A stretch of 64,000 bases of DNA from Haliotis cracherodii (lineage: Eukaryota), in contig NW_027266266.1 in assembly GCF_022045235.1 (NCBI RefSeq), positions 38,688,001 through 38,752,000 of the forward strand. Reading direction: 5' to 3'. The translations under genes were made by a program, and so were the position numbers. Numbering within the stretch: the first letter of the stretch is position 1; each line of letters starts with the position of its first letter. Shown here piece after piece: positions 1-12,924 of this stretch. The notes beneath the pieces are model-generated. The model did no database searches. It worked only from the letters and a program-made list of their open reading frames with translations, and was not told the origin of the DNA.

Positions 1-17
1 TGTTTGAACTTGTTTAG

Positions 18-3000
18 GATGCTGTAGACTGGTTGTCCTCTCATCCAAGTGTACATGGAGAGGGTATCGGTGTGGTCGGTGGCTCCAAGGGAGGTGAACT
101 GGCCTTCCTGCTTGGCATGGCCACTGACAAGGTGAAGGTAGCTTAATCGTCAGTGAGATACCTCCAAGACACACTTAATCAACTTAAATATTCAAAGGGT
201 TAATCAGGTGTTGAAATGAGGATATGTGTGTATATCATCAGTATAGGTAACGTATAAATTCATGTGAAATCGGTAACAAAAACTAGACGGAATCATCCGA
301 GGAATCAATGTAAGGAACAAGTATTAGTCAAATATTCTGAAGTATATATCGAATTATGCTTACACTCAACACAATCAAAAGTCATTTTCCCCACACACTG
401 CTTTCACTGTGTATAAAACTTCTTTCACTAAAGGTTAACTAGAGCCTTACTATCTTGCTTTTATTAACAGGTGAAGGTTTTGGTGAATATCAGTGGCCTT
501 CCAGTTTATTCATTTGAGGATGTAAAGAAATCAGGAGAGATTTATTGGAAAGGGGTGAGGTAAGATTTTGATGTATTATATACACGTCATATTCTTTGGG
601 AGTCTGTAAATCTCATCTCCCCAGTGCCTCATACCGCAACTAAATCATTTGTTGATTGTATGGCCAAAAGGTCGGTTGAGCATGGCAATAATGTATTTGA
701 TTTTGAAACCACCTATATATATATTTATCATATAATGGGTAGGTCGCCCTCGTCATTCGGCGATCGAATCAGAATTAACCATCAGGAATCTGGATAAACT
801 ACAGAGATAATTGCTTTCATTATCAAAAGAACAGTCTAATATACTGAAAATCAGTGTCTAACTGTGACGTAGCTAAGGCATTTTATAAGTTTGGGTAACT
901 TTGGAGATATAAATTTCGACACAATTTTGCGAGGGCACGAGGCCTAGCCAAGCGGGATCAGTAGCCATATCTGTGCTTGTAGACCTCTGCGGCTTGAACC
1001 TTTCTCCACAAATTAAAATAGTTGGATTTGGCCGAAATATGTTTGAATTGTTACCTTGTTTCGTTTTGTCGCTGTGTGTACATCTGACTACACTTCTTAA
1101 CGTTACGACAGGACAGACCGACTGTCAACAACGTCTGACCGTGGCCGTGACGTCTCATAGACTAGGGTTAGAGTAGCTTCCCTTTGACAAAGGGCAGTTA
1201 CTCTAGCAGACAGACCGATGGATTGCCGAGAAAGGCAATTAAAAACAATTATTGTTTTGCGTATATGTTGCTTCACCACTGTATAAGAAAGAGATTTCAG
1301 TTGGAACTATATTGGCTACTGTCACTGTCCGACTGACACATCACTTACCCTGTGACGTATTAAATATTAATCCGCGCATTCCAGGAAAACTCGCAATATT
1401 TCGGTAATGTTTTTGAGAGAGGGAAAGCGAGTTTGAAGCACAGAATTAAAGAATGACATTATATGATAAAGAGGTTATCACGCTTGTGTGTTTGGGGATG
1501 GTAAATAGCCTGTATTAGCAATAAACACTATGTATTTAGCTCCCCAAGGGTCGCTAAATACAATGTTTATTCCTAATGCAGGATATTTACCATCCCCAAA
1601 CACACTCACGTGATAACCTCTATGACAAGTATAATGAACGTTCTTTCATAAATGGATGCTGTCTCAACCAGCAGCAACTTCCCCTGACGTATTACTTGTG
1701 TGTGTCTTACTTACTAGAACATAAACACTTTTCAAATATTGCAATATTTCAAATCTGCAGATGAGGTAACGTTGCTTTCATTCTTGTATCACAAACTTTA
1801 ACATGGTAAAATCATTCTCATAATGATCATTGTGCATATACTTTTTCCACAATGTTGAGAGCGATTGATCACATCGATGTATGTATATTCAATAGTTCAG
1901 CAAATACATTTATTTGTACGTTTCCCACAAAATTGATTCCAGCCGATTTATATTTAGTGTGGATATCACGAAACTGAAACACACAGATGAAGGTTTTTAC
2001 ACCAGAGATGCTGTTCCCTATGACTCTGAGGTTATTCCGGTTAGTTGCTTCTCTCAAAGTATTGCCAGAATTCTATATGTTTTCAAAATGTTTTGCAAAA
2101 TATTGTTCAGCTCTTAAAAGAGGAAGAAAAATAACCGATGAGTGGTCTCTGGTGGGTTCCTAAATGTCTCCGACCTGCGTCATTGTGGCTTTCATCTCCT
2201 ATAATGTGTTTAACAAGACTCACTCAAACTTGTATCATGGTGAGTAGTTCATAGTCAAGCAGTTTGACATGGCTGATAAATAAAAGAACGTTATATCTCA
2301 ACATGAAAATACTTTCATACACTTCTGTGACGAACATGTGAACATTTTTGTTATTCTTTTCAAGTTCTTTTGCCATCTCATGGCATGTGCCAAACTATTC
2401 TACAGGGCCATACGAACGAAGTCGAAGGAAGCATAATCCCCAATGTGTTAATGACATAACAACATTCACGGGACTGCTAAATATTCAGGTTTTATAGCTG
2501 TAGAACAATTATTGGTTTTTTTAAGTGCCAGATTGGTAACATAATCTAACATTGGTCCATTTCACGTCAGCTAATGTGATAATGTATATATGCAGGCTTG
2601 GAAGAATAATGCCCAAATATTATACCTTGTTGGTGACGATGATGGTCTCTGGAAAACTGACCATGCTAACACATTCATGGAGAGTTGCCCCAAAGAGAAA
2701 AGGAAGACTATTGAACTTGTCTCCTATCCAGGAACAGGTCACCTCATCGAACCTCCATATATGCCTGTGAATAGAGCACAGTACCATCCATTGCTTGGTG
2801 AGTAATCAAGCAACACCATGTAACTATTAGATCAATTCTTCGTTTCCTTTCGAAGTAGCAAGATGTTCGTAGATTTCAAGGATATCCTTGAAATCCCTTG
2901 GTAGTATCTTTGGAACATTGATCATGAGAGTTCATTGGCCGACAAAAAGTATTGTTTCAGGATATAGAGATTTTATTGTTTTCTTTCAAACATGGTCTTG

Positions 3001-5327
3001 TTGAAGATATTGGCCCCAGATAGTGTCAATTTATAGTTTATGAATACAAGCCTCTTGCTCTATGTGATAGGGAATATAAAAGTAGTTCTGCATTGTGAAA
3101 CGCATTATGGACGCACACGGTTTTCACTCATGATAACATATATTTTCCTATGACATTGGTACAATGTATGAAGTCCATTCTTCATGTCTCATGTTGTGAT
3201 ATGGCTGGAATAGGGTTGTGTGAAGCCATACTCACCCACACACCTCACTCGATAAAGGATCAACCATGTATCATACCAAATGAGACATATATCCCCCTTG
3301 GGGACCCGGGTTAGACAAGAATGTGCCCTCAGCACTCCATTGCTTGTCGTAATAGGCGACCGAATTGGGCAACCCGTTTTCCGTGGGTTGCGTCACTGTC
3401 TCGCGGGAGGACGGGAATCTGGTGGTTGAGGGCAATGGAGACAGGAAGTGGTGTTCCATTTGCCCAACACACCACTTTGACCCTTACTTCGCCTAGACGC
3501 CTATCAAACAATTTTGATGATGAAATATGATAATCTACCTACCTATGTGGCTGAAATAATGCCGATGCGACGTTAAATTTTAACTCACTCACTTATGCAA
3601 ATATTGCCAAAAGTCCTATGCTCGAAGGCGGTGGGTCATTGACCAATCTGGTGATGTCGAGCTCCGAATTATATATGTCTCCAATGTTCTGTCATGTGCC
3701 GAACCATCTGGGCATGTCATTTTGTAGACAAATGTAGCTATTCGCGATGTATTTGCTGGAGTATACCACCCCTGTAGCTCTGGTGTTGCAGCCCGGCTTC
3801 CACAGCAGCGCCGTCCTTGCAGACACTCGATGGCGGGTGGGGAGTAGGATGCTGAAACATGTCATACAAACGTAGGCATGTAGATTCTCTCTAATCTGAT
3901 TAAGATGTGCCTTCACTAGTGGCTGATTCTTGGCCAAGGTTCATTGTCATCGCATCCTCTGGTGACATTCCTCTCAAACAAAGGTTGTTGTTTCTGCACA
4001 TAAATCACCTTATTCTAGCTAATGCATTGTGCGAGATCGTGCTCGCTGTCTCGCAGACTTGACAGAGGATGAAATAGTTCATGAATTGACACACCAAGGT
4101 TTTACCACAGTTAAGCGCTCTACAAGAAGAACACAGGATGGAAGTATTGTAAACACTCAAACGTACCTTTTCACTTTTTTCGCTTTTTAGTTGTCCCCAA
4201 ATCAATTAAAACTGGCTATTTTAACCTCGGAGTGGAGGTTTATGTTCTAAATACACTCTGGTAGTGTTACAAATGTCAAACGTTCGGCCACGGAGCCAAA
4301 TTTTGCACTGTCAAGACTAGATGCTTCCGTTGCAGTGGAACTCATGAGAGTCAGGTTGCACAAATATGTGTTATTTTAATTTATTAGGCTAACTTTGCTT
4401 GAAGGGATCATGTCAATCCTCCTGGGGTCCATGAGGTAGCAAGGGTATTGTAAGTCCCAAGTATGGTGATCTACCTTCACTGGCGATCTATAGTCCGTTT
4501 TTTATAATTCCGTACTAATTGTACATCTTTGTCTGTGTTAAGTCTAGTTAGTTTACTGTCCTTCGTTGGCAGATTTTTATATACGTTTCCATGTATTTAT
4601 CTTGTCTAACGCTTGGTAGTCACGATATGGCTGAAATATTACCGATGTGACATACAATTTTAACTCACTCACTGAGACGTATTCTCTCTATCTCTGGATA
4701 CTGCAAGGACCTTATACATCAGCAACAACAATGCCTGTTCATTTCTCTCAAAGCTAATAATATCTGATGTGTACACTTTGTTCACACTCTTAATTTAATG
4801 ATCCTGAAGAACATGCCGCATACTACTATTTAAACAGGTACACAGGTAATCATGTATTTTAACATCGTGAAAACTTTATCAGTTACATCTGTACTATACT
4901 TGACTCACCATGTTTCACCGGGGTCCATGCAGGAAGCAAAGGTACTGTACTGACCATACATGGTCCCTAGTATGGTGATCACCATCAGTGACTGACGATC
5001 TCTCGCCCATTTTTATATTGTGTTGTTAACTCATACTTTCTGCCTTTATATATTCTCAACTAGTTTTAAATCGAATCTGTGATATTCTAGTTATTGTATT
5101 GTCCATCGTTGACAGCTTTATTTAGTCACAATATGTGTATTATTAACGTACTTCTCGTCACGATATGGCTGAAATGACGATGTGACGTTAAATCTTAACT
5201 CACTCACTCACTGTATGTGTTTACAGGCAAGACCGTGGTAATGGGAGGGCATCATCAAGCTCATGCTGCAGCGCAGGAGGACGCCTGGAGAAGAATTCTC
5301 AACATCCTTCAGAAACATATCTCGTAG
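18..5327 (+). CDS. Type-I acyl-CoA thioesterase / BAAT-ACNAT-like protein, copy A (5'-partial; exons 18-131, 471-559, 1958-2039, 2596-2797, 5227-5327)
   Basis: All five exons have AG/GT boundaries and consistent phases. They translate to DAVDWLSSHPSVHGEGIGVVGGSKGGELAF (nucleophile elbow GxSKG), LYLVGDDD (Asp), [14 protein letters not shown] (His) and GGHHQAHAAAQEDAW..LQKHIS*, the motifs of the BAAT/ACOT C-terminal alpha/beta hydrolase domain. Confidence 0.92.
724..1622. mobile_element. Non-autonomous DNA element with a terminal/subterminal inverted repeat pair and a long terminal hairpin
   Basis: TTTATCATATAAT (724-736) is the reverse complement of ATTATATGATAAA (1458-1470). This is followed directly by a ~150-bp imperfect palindrome, GAGGTTATCACG...TTTGGGGATGGTAAAT.../...ATTTACCATCCCCAAA...CGTGATAACCTC (1471-1620). 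Confidence 0.7.
3291..4672 (+). mobile_element. Internally deleted Nimb/I-like LINE (5'UTR + ORF1 fragment + 3'UTR + (ACTC)n tail) in the last intron of copy A
   Basis: Flanked by TGAGACATAT (3281-3290) and TGAGACGTAT (4673-4682), and absent at the homologous site of copy B (~24170-24180). ORF1 zinc knuckle CYKCQTFGHGAKFC lies near 4265-4310. The 3' end reads GATATGGCTGAAATATT..GATGTGAC..AACTCACTCAC. Confidence 0.75.
4905..5211 (+). mobile_element. 5'-truncated Nimb/I-like LINE 3'UTR with (ACTC)n tail
   Basis: GGGTCCATGCAGGAAGCAAAGG...CTCGTCACGATATGGCTGAAAT...AACTCACTCACTCA matches the other LINE 3' ends in the window. Confidence 0.75.
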
Positions 5328-5659
5328 ACACCTCTGACATCTGACCTATGCTGGTCGCAAAAGGGGACAAAATAATCTTTTTAAGATACAATAAAATAGA
5401 GATGGGAAAGAAAGTCACTGGAAAGAAAACACTGAACCACACAGGGAGGAATTCATAACTATTTCGAATGGAAGAGTCTATTGGTATTATCATGTATAAA
5501 GGAAGTGGAAAGCTTTATTAACCATTTTACGTAGAAGCCAGTTTCACATGTATATGTTATCTGCCTTACAGCATTTATTAACCTGATGCAGGAGTAAGTA
5601 TATGCTCCGAAATGTCCATTGATTCTCTTCCTTATGTGTATCACTTCTAAAAGCACTTA

Positions 5660-6580
5660 ATTCACTACGCGAGGCGTCTGGTCCAGATGGTGTACCTTTA
5701 GAGTTAAAAAAACCCGCTGTTTATTATCCCGTATTTTGAGGTTTTATTTAACTCGATTATAGACAAAAGTGAGTTACCTGATTCTTGGAATATAGGTATG
5801 ATTCTACTTCTTTTAAAGAAAGGTGACATTGCAGATCCTAATGAATACCGTGGAATCTCACTTCTGAATGTAAGTGGTAAAGTGTTCACGTCTACGGATT
5901 TGGTAAGACACAAACTTTATTATTCATGTGTCAAAGTCTGGATTTAGAAATAATTGCTCCACTGCTCATAATATTTTTGTTTTACAATCTTTGTGTCAAA
6001 ATATCTTCGAAAGCCTAGACACAGGTTTAATGCCGCCTTCATAGACTTCGGTAAAGCCTTTGATTTCGTAGACGAACAGAAGTTATTGTAAATAGATATC
6101 CTTCTTTTGCTGTTCGCTGATTATGTAGTGTTGGTGGATGACTCAGTGAGTGGTTTCCAGGAATAAAATGTTTGTATTTATATGAATATTGTTAATAGTG
6201 TGCTTTGGAGGTAAATTCAGATAAATCCAGTATATTAGTCCTTCGCAATTGGCGGATATTTTTAGTGTAGAAAATAAAATAAAATAAAGTTGTTACATAT
6301 TATATGAATTTTGGTATGTTTTCATTGAGGTTAGCCTGGTCCGGTTGTGGTGGGGAGGGGGGAGTGAAACTCTCTCTCTCTCTTCAAGCTAGAAAGGTTC
6401 TGTTTCCAGATTACTAAAAGTTTACCCTTCCCTTCCATTTTGCGTTGTTATATTTTTATACTAAAATAATGCCTATATTATTATAACGGGGGCGGAGATT
6501 TTGAGTTTCTTGTACAGAGGAGATATTTGAGAAAGTACAAAGTCTTTTTTTCAAAATATCTAAACTTGGCTAAAATTTGG
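5660..6580 (+). mobile_element. Degenerate LINE reverse-transcriptase fragment (RTE-X/CR1-like)
   Basis: Broken-frame motifs SGPDG, FKKGD.ADPNEYRGISLL, AAFIDFGKAFD and LLLFADYVVL. Clade assignment is uncertain. Confidence 0.7.
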
Positions 6581-7109
6581 CGATGGTCTATAAACATAAC
6601 ATTTTTTACTTAGAAATCAACAGCGGTGTACACTTTCCATAAGTACGTTACTGATTTTCATGTACATTACCCTTATGATTCCAACGCAAAGTGTGCTAAT
6701 TAACTGCGTCATCCTGAAGTGAAACGTTTTTTAATATATGCCCAACACGTCGATATGAAGCCCCATCTAATTTACAATGCTTTCGATGGTTCATTATTTT
6801 ACTATCCCAAGACGAAGTAAAGAATCCAAATAATCGATGAATAATATCAGACAGGCGATCTTGCTCCATAGACTTAAGTCTGAGTATTATGTCAGAAATC
6901 AACAGTCTTGATACTCTCAATTGATATTTATTGTCCGTTATTCCTTGACAATAATGAGTGAAAAGCTCATTCGTTTGGATCTGTTAACATGCTTTTCCTT
7001 TGAACGTTAGCATTGAATGAACAGTGTTGAGGTTAAAGAAAATCTATGTTCTGCTATAGTTCATGACATGTTTCTCCAACATGGAGATCTTTCTCCAACA
7101 TGGAGATCG

Positions 7110-10100
7110 CGACTTGATGGATAACAGCAATACATGCTTGCTGATCGGTCAATGAAATTCACCAGTTTGAGTTTTCAATACAGCACTCCTGACAAAACCC
7201 TTCTGATTAGGTTCAACAGACATAACACGAGCCACGGGCCACTGAAGTCTCGGTAAATTGTCATCCATTTTCAGGACAATGTCATCCACCTGGATATTCC
7301 GTTTCGGGATCGTCCATTTTTGCCGTTGCTGCAGTGACACCAAGTACTCCTTTCTCCATCTGGACCAAAAGATATTGGCCAAATATTGGATCCGTCTCCA
7401 CCTTTTCAGCATGTAGACATCATTCTTCTGGAATTGACCAGGAGGTGGTACAGACACGCTAGTTTTCATCTGTAGGAGATGATTTGGAGTAAGTGGACAT
7501 AGGTCATCAGGACTGTCAGATACTGAGGTTAGTGGCCGGGAATTGACAATTGCCTCAACTTCACACTTTAAAGTTTGGATCGATTCATCATCCAAGCATT
7601 CATTGAAATCCTTCAAGAGATCGGGTTTTTCTAACTGTTCTGATGATCCGTTCCCAGATGCCACCCATGTGACTGGCCGATGGAGGGTTAAAGTTCCATT
7701 TGATGCTACTTTTCAACAGGTCGGATTTGATACTATCCTGATCCATTTCTGACACAGTCTTCTGTAGTTCTCGTGTTGCGCCCATGAAGTTGGTGCCATT
7801 GTCACACCATTTCTCTGAGATTTGTCCTCTACGTGCTACGAAGTTTCTTAGAGCATGAATAAAAGAGTCAGTGTCAAGTGAATTTGCCGTTTCAATATGC
7901 ACTGCTCGGCTAACTAAACACGTGAAGAGTGACCGAAGCGTTTTACGTACTTGCGTCCATCTTAATTTGATAACGAAGCTACCGTAAAAATCGACACCGG
8001 TGAAGGTAAAGGGTGAAGCAGGATTGACTCTCCTAGATGGCAAGTCAGTCATTTTCTGATCACATCCAGTAGGTTTCTCCCAGCATGGAAAGTACATGGT
8101 TACGTCCTGCATGGGCTAGCTTTATGTGCTGGTCTGTAATGATCAGTGACGTCACGTGACTTCTGTAAGGAAGTATAACTGGGTGCTTCATCTTCTTGGG
8201 GATATTAGCTCTGCCAATGCGACCCACGACTCTGAGAATTCCACTTTCAAGGAATTGGTCAATTTTATACACTGAACTTGTCCTTGGAACTCGGCCTCGC
8301 GTACCTTCACATCCTTGAAGCAGTTCAAACTCTTTGCTGAAGTGTATTGTCTGCACAAATTGAAGAAACTCTTCTGTGCTCGACTGAGGTCCTCCACAGA
8401 AAGAGATCTGTTACCTTTAGCATGCTTCTTATTGTTGTATTGATGTTCCGTGACTTAAGTGAGTCAAACAATCCGTGATATATGGCTACAGCACGATTGA
8501 AAAGATACCAGCTGGAGTAATGTTCCAACAATTTATTCACAGTGTTGTGAGAGCAGTCATGCTGTGTTGCATCGGTTGCCGTGACTGTTTCTTCAAGCAT
8601 CTTCTCATCATGGATAAGAGGTGGCTGTACTGTGGCCATTCTGATTCTGAAGAAGAAAGAAATTTGGGCCCATGAAACCAGTTCATACAGGTAAGCAGAT
8701 GTGATGCAGGTACACCTCTGGATGCAACATCAGCCGGATTGCTTTTTAAATCGACATACTTTCACTGAGAAGGTTCTGAAAAGTCTCTGATTTGCTTGAC
8801 ACGGTTGGCAACGAAGACTGGAAACCTCTTTGTTTCATTGCTGATATAGTGTAACACCGTCGTTGAGTCTGTGTGGTTAGTGACACTTTCAGGTGTAGTC
8901 TCCAGTTCCTTCATGAACAGTTGTCCGATGTGAACTGACACAGTGGCTGCAGTTAATTCCAACCTGGGAACAGTGATAGTTTTCACTGGAGCAAGCCTAG
9001 ACTTTCCAATCAAGAAAGCTGTGTGAATACCGCCTTCATCGTCAGACATACGTAGATATGCTGCAGAATCGTATCCAACAGTGCTTGCATCAGAGAATAT
9101 ATGTAGTTGAACAGAAACAACATGTCCAAAATCAGCAGGTTTGTGACATCTGTCAATCCGTAGTGTACTCAAATGCTGAAGCTCTTCTATCCACTGCTCC
9201 CATGATGCCTTGTATTCCACGGGTATGTCATCATCCCATCCGAGCTGCTTGTTGATGCACAGATCCTGTAAAATCTTCTTGGCTGGTAACAAAACCGGTG
9301 CAACAATTCCTAAAGGATCGTAGAATGACGACATCGTAGACAAGAGTCCTCTTCGTGTGAATGGCTTACTCTTCACATGAACTGAGAATCCAAAAGCATC
9401 ACCGTTTATATGCGACTATATCCCTAGAGCACGTTCAACAGGCAATTCATCATAGTCTAAATCACGTGTTTGGAGTTCGTTTGAGTGATGCTCCTGTGGT
9501 ATGGATCTGAGAAGATTGCGACTGTTAGCTGTGAACTTAGTAAGCTCGAAGCCACCTTCTGCACATGATTTCTGCAGAGAGTCCACTAAGTCATGGCTGC
9601 CTCTTCCGTGCATTCTGATTTGAGACAATCATCAACATAAAAATTGTTGCAGATTGTGTCAGCAGCAAGGCTTCCATACTTCTCATCAGCTTTCTTTGCA
9701 GCAGCTTTGAGAGCAAAGTTGGATATGCTGGGGGAAGAAACTGCTCCAAAAATGTGAACAGCCATCCTATACTCATGTAGCTCCGAGTTCAAGTCACCAT
9801 TTGGCCACCACAGAAAGCGTAACAGATCATGTTGATGAGGAGGAACACGAATTTGATAAAACATGGCTTCAATATCAGCCATGAAGGCAACTGGTTCATT
9901 TATGAATTTGGTAAGAACACCTATCAGCGAGTTCGTGAGATCATGTCCTTGCAAGAGTATGTCATTGAAAGAAAACCCTTCAAACTTTGCTCTGCAGTCA
10001 AATAATACGCGGATTTTTGAAGGCTTCTTCGGATGGTATACACCATGGTGTGGCAGATACCAAACCTTTCCTGGTACAGGTGCCAGCTCATCAAATGGGA

Positions 10101-11880
10101 CCTTGTAGGCATATCCTTTGGAAAGAAGACTATCCATAAAAGCAGTATAATGTTCATGATACTCATCATCGTGTAGCATTTTCTTCCTTTGCCCCATTGC
10201 TCTCTTGTCGGCTTGCTCTCTGTTGTTGGAAAACTCAATGTCTGGATCCCTGAGAGGTAATGGCAATTCAAAGTGGCCGTTAACTTCTGCGATGCCTTTA
10301 TTTGCCATATCGATAAACTGTTCATCCTCTCTAGAGAAACCACGTTCACCAGGTAACATTCCAGTGTCCTGGGGATTAAAATCCATTTCGAACATATTCA
10401 GTATCACATCAGTGCGACACTCTTTTGCCAAGGTGAGTTCTTGGAAGAGAAGTAGCACGAAACACTTCCGTATTTATCCTGCTTGTGGTTCGAACTGTCT
10501 ACACCAGTCATGAAACTACTTGACTTGGCTCCATCTTTCTTTGAACTCTTGCCTTGTTTGGATCCCCAGTGAACTTGACTCTTGGATATAGCTTCCTTTC
10601 CAAACACAGGCTCATTAGCAGATCTAGAAGCAAACTCAATGAAATGCACAAGATTTTCAAAGTCAACAGTCCTGTTGCTATGAAGTTTTTCTCTGGTCAC
10701 ATGATCACGCCATTTATTCTGTAGATGCACTGGCAACTTCAACACAACAGCTTGCAAGTTAACAGAATGGTTAAGATCAGTCATGTGTGACATAGTTTTC
10801 ATTGCATGAAAACACTTGATGAGGAAGTGAGAGAATTGTTTAAGTCCATGACAATCATCATGCTTGATCTGAGGCCATGATAGAACTTGATTAACATAGG
10901 CAGTTGAAACTTTGTATTGGTCACCATACTCACTACTCAACAGGTCCCTGGCCTTAGTGTAGCCGTCCTCTGGATCCATGTAGAGACATCCAGCGGTCAA
11001 GTCCTTTGGTTCTCCCTCAAGCTGCTGCTCCAGGTAGTAGAGTCGACCTGTAGAGCTGCTAGTATAAGGAACAATACGGGCATCAAAAGACATGATAAAT
11101 GCACCATATTCTGTAGGGTCACCTTTAAACTTTGGCACCTTAGGCTGAGGTAACAACATAGCTGTTGCCATCTGTCTATGAGCTTGCAAAATCAGTTCAT
11201 TCTGATCATGCAAATGTTGGGATGTATCTTCTGTCCTAGAGCTTTCCATACCAGGACACTTTGAAAAGGATGGTTGAAAGTCGGAAGCATTAGGGTTAAG
11301 CCCTTTCTGATGCACATTATCGTCCAAAGTTTCATGTTTTAATACAAGATGAGGCCTTTTGTCAAAAGGTTTCAAAATGGGCTTACCACTTTCAATAATA
11401 CTGGCATCTGACAACTGGAGCTTAACATCAGCACTATATGAACTACCTACTCCAAGACATGGGGGCATGTTGCCAGGAGATCTTAACATATCAGGCACAG
11501 TAGCTTTGACATCAGGCATAATAGGCTTGACATCAAGCATGATAGGATTGACACTAGGTCTTGATGCTACAGAGATCCTATTATCATGAACAACTAAAGA
11601 GTCAGAAACATAAGGATTACACTCCACTACACCAGGCGTATTAGTTCTTGTGTCTGCTTGTGAATCAGCATAGACTTTCTTACGTGCCTGAGATTTAGCA
11701 ATTTTTATGTCTAACTTCAAAGATTGCAATTTCTTAGACTCTTCAAGTAAAGACTTTTCAACTAAAAGTTCAGCCAACCTTGCACGCTCCTTTGTATATG
11801 CTGACCTGGTTGAACTCCTGGAATGTCTCGATGACTTGAAACCTTTTGATGACTCGAATTCTCTAGAAGACACACTTTCA
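7110..11880 (-). mobile_element. Degenerate BEL/Pao LTR retrotransposon internal region (gag-RT-RNaseH-integrase-DUF5641), frameshifted, protease region deleted, no LTRs found
   Basis: Minus-strand ORFs contain gag PKVPKFKGDPTEY (DUF1759-like); RT WYLPHHGV, HIFGAVSSP, FYVDD; Pao RNase H TRRGLLS..YDPLG, LHIFSDAS, TVPRLEL; integrase PFTFTGVDFYG, DNGTNF, GGIWER; and C-terminal FWSRWRKEYL..QQRQKW. Confidence 0.93.
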
Positions 11881-12920
11881 AAGTACCTACATTTCAAAAA
11901 TACCAAAGGCAACAGGAAAAGAAAACCAATTATTTCAAATCAGATGGGGAACGCTACAATGATTTTTTTCCAATTCATGAGCTCCATAGTGCCCTTGGAC
12001 AAGCTCATGATACAGCTGATAATATACATTTAGTACATCAACCACTGAAACATTTACTGATATGATTTTTGTAAATCTGGTAAGTTTCCTTCATCATGGC
12101 ATGATGCCATATATGATTGTTCGAATACCAAAACCGGGACGGGATCATACCGATCCCTCAAATCATATACCCATTTCAATGAGTAGCTGCGTTTGCAAAA
12201 CCATGGAACGCATGGTCAATTAGAGACTAACATGTCTGACTTTTTGTGGATGATTTTAACATATCTTTTCGTGGTAAAAATATGCATACTATTAAAAGAC
12301 AATTGCAATTATGTCTCAATAAAATACATGAATGGTCTTTAGAAAACAACTTTATTTACGTTTGTACTTAGAATGTAATAATTTAATCACACATATTCAA
12401 TATGGTTTTCGTAAAAAATCACAGTACCATTGACCAACATATTTAGTTCGATTAGGGTCATCGTTAAGAATGCAATTGTAAACAAACAACAAGCAGTGTC
12501 TATATTTTTTATCTACAAAATGCGTATGATACTGCAGTGAAGCACGGTATTTTAACAGATTTACACGATTTTGGATCGCGAAGCCGTTTGCCACAATTTA
12601 TATCCAACTTTATAACATACAGCATTTCAAGTCCGCACAGGTTCTACACTGTCTGATCATTATAAGCAGGATCAGGGTGTCCCACTGGGCAGTATTTTGT
12701 CTGCCACTTTGCTTAGTATTAAAATTAATAGTCTCTCTAAAGTTTTAAATGATTCAATTGATGGATCACTTTTTGTGGGTGATTTCAACATATCTTGTCG
12801 TGGTAAAAGCAGACATACTATGAAAAGAAAATTGCAATTATGTCTCAAGAAAATACATGAATGGTCTTAAGAAAACGGTTTTCAATTTTCTAAATCTAAA
12901 ACAACTTTATTTACTTTTGT
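11880..12920 (+). mobile_element. Nimb/I-like LINE ORF2 (RT) fragments, scrambled, truncating the BEL/Pao gag 5' end
   Basis: Motifs FPSSWHDA, IPKPGRD, SCVCKTMERMVN and QDQGVP.GSILS in disrupted frames. Confidence 0.75.
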
Positions 12921-12924
12921 ACTG

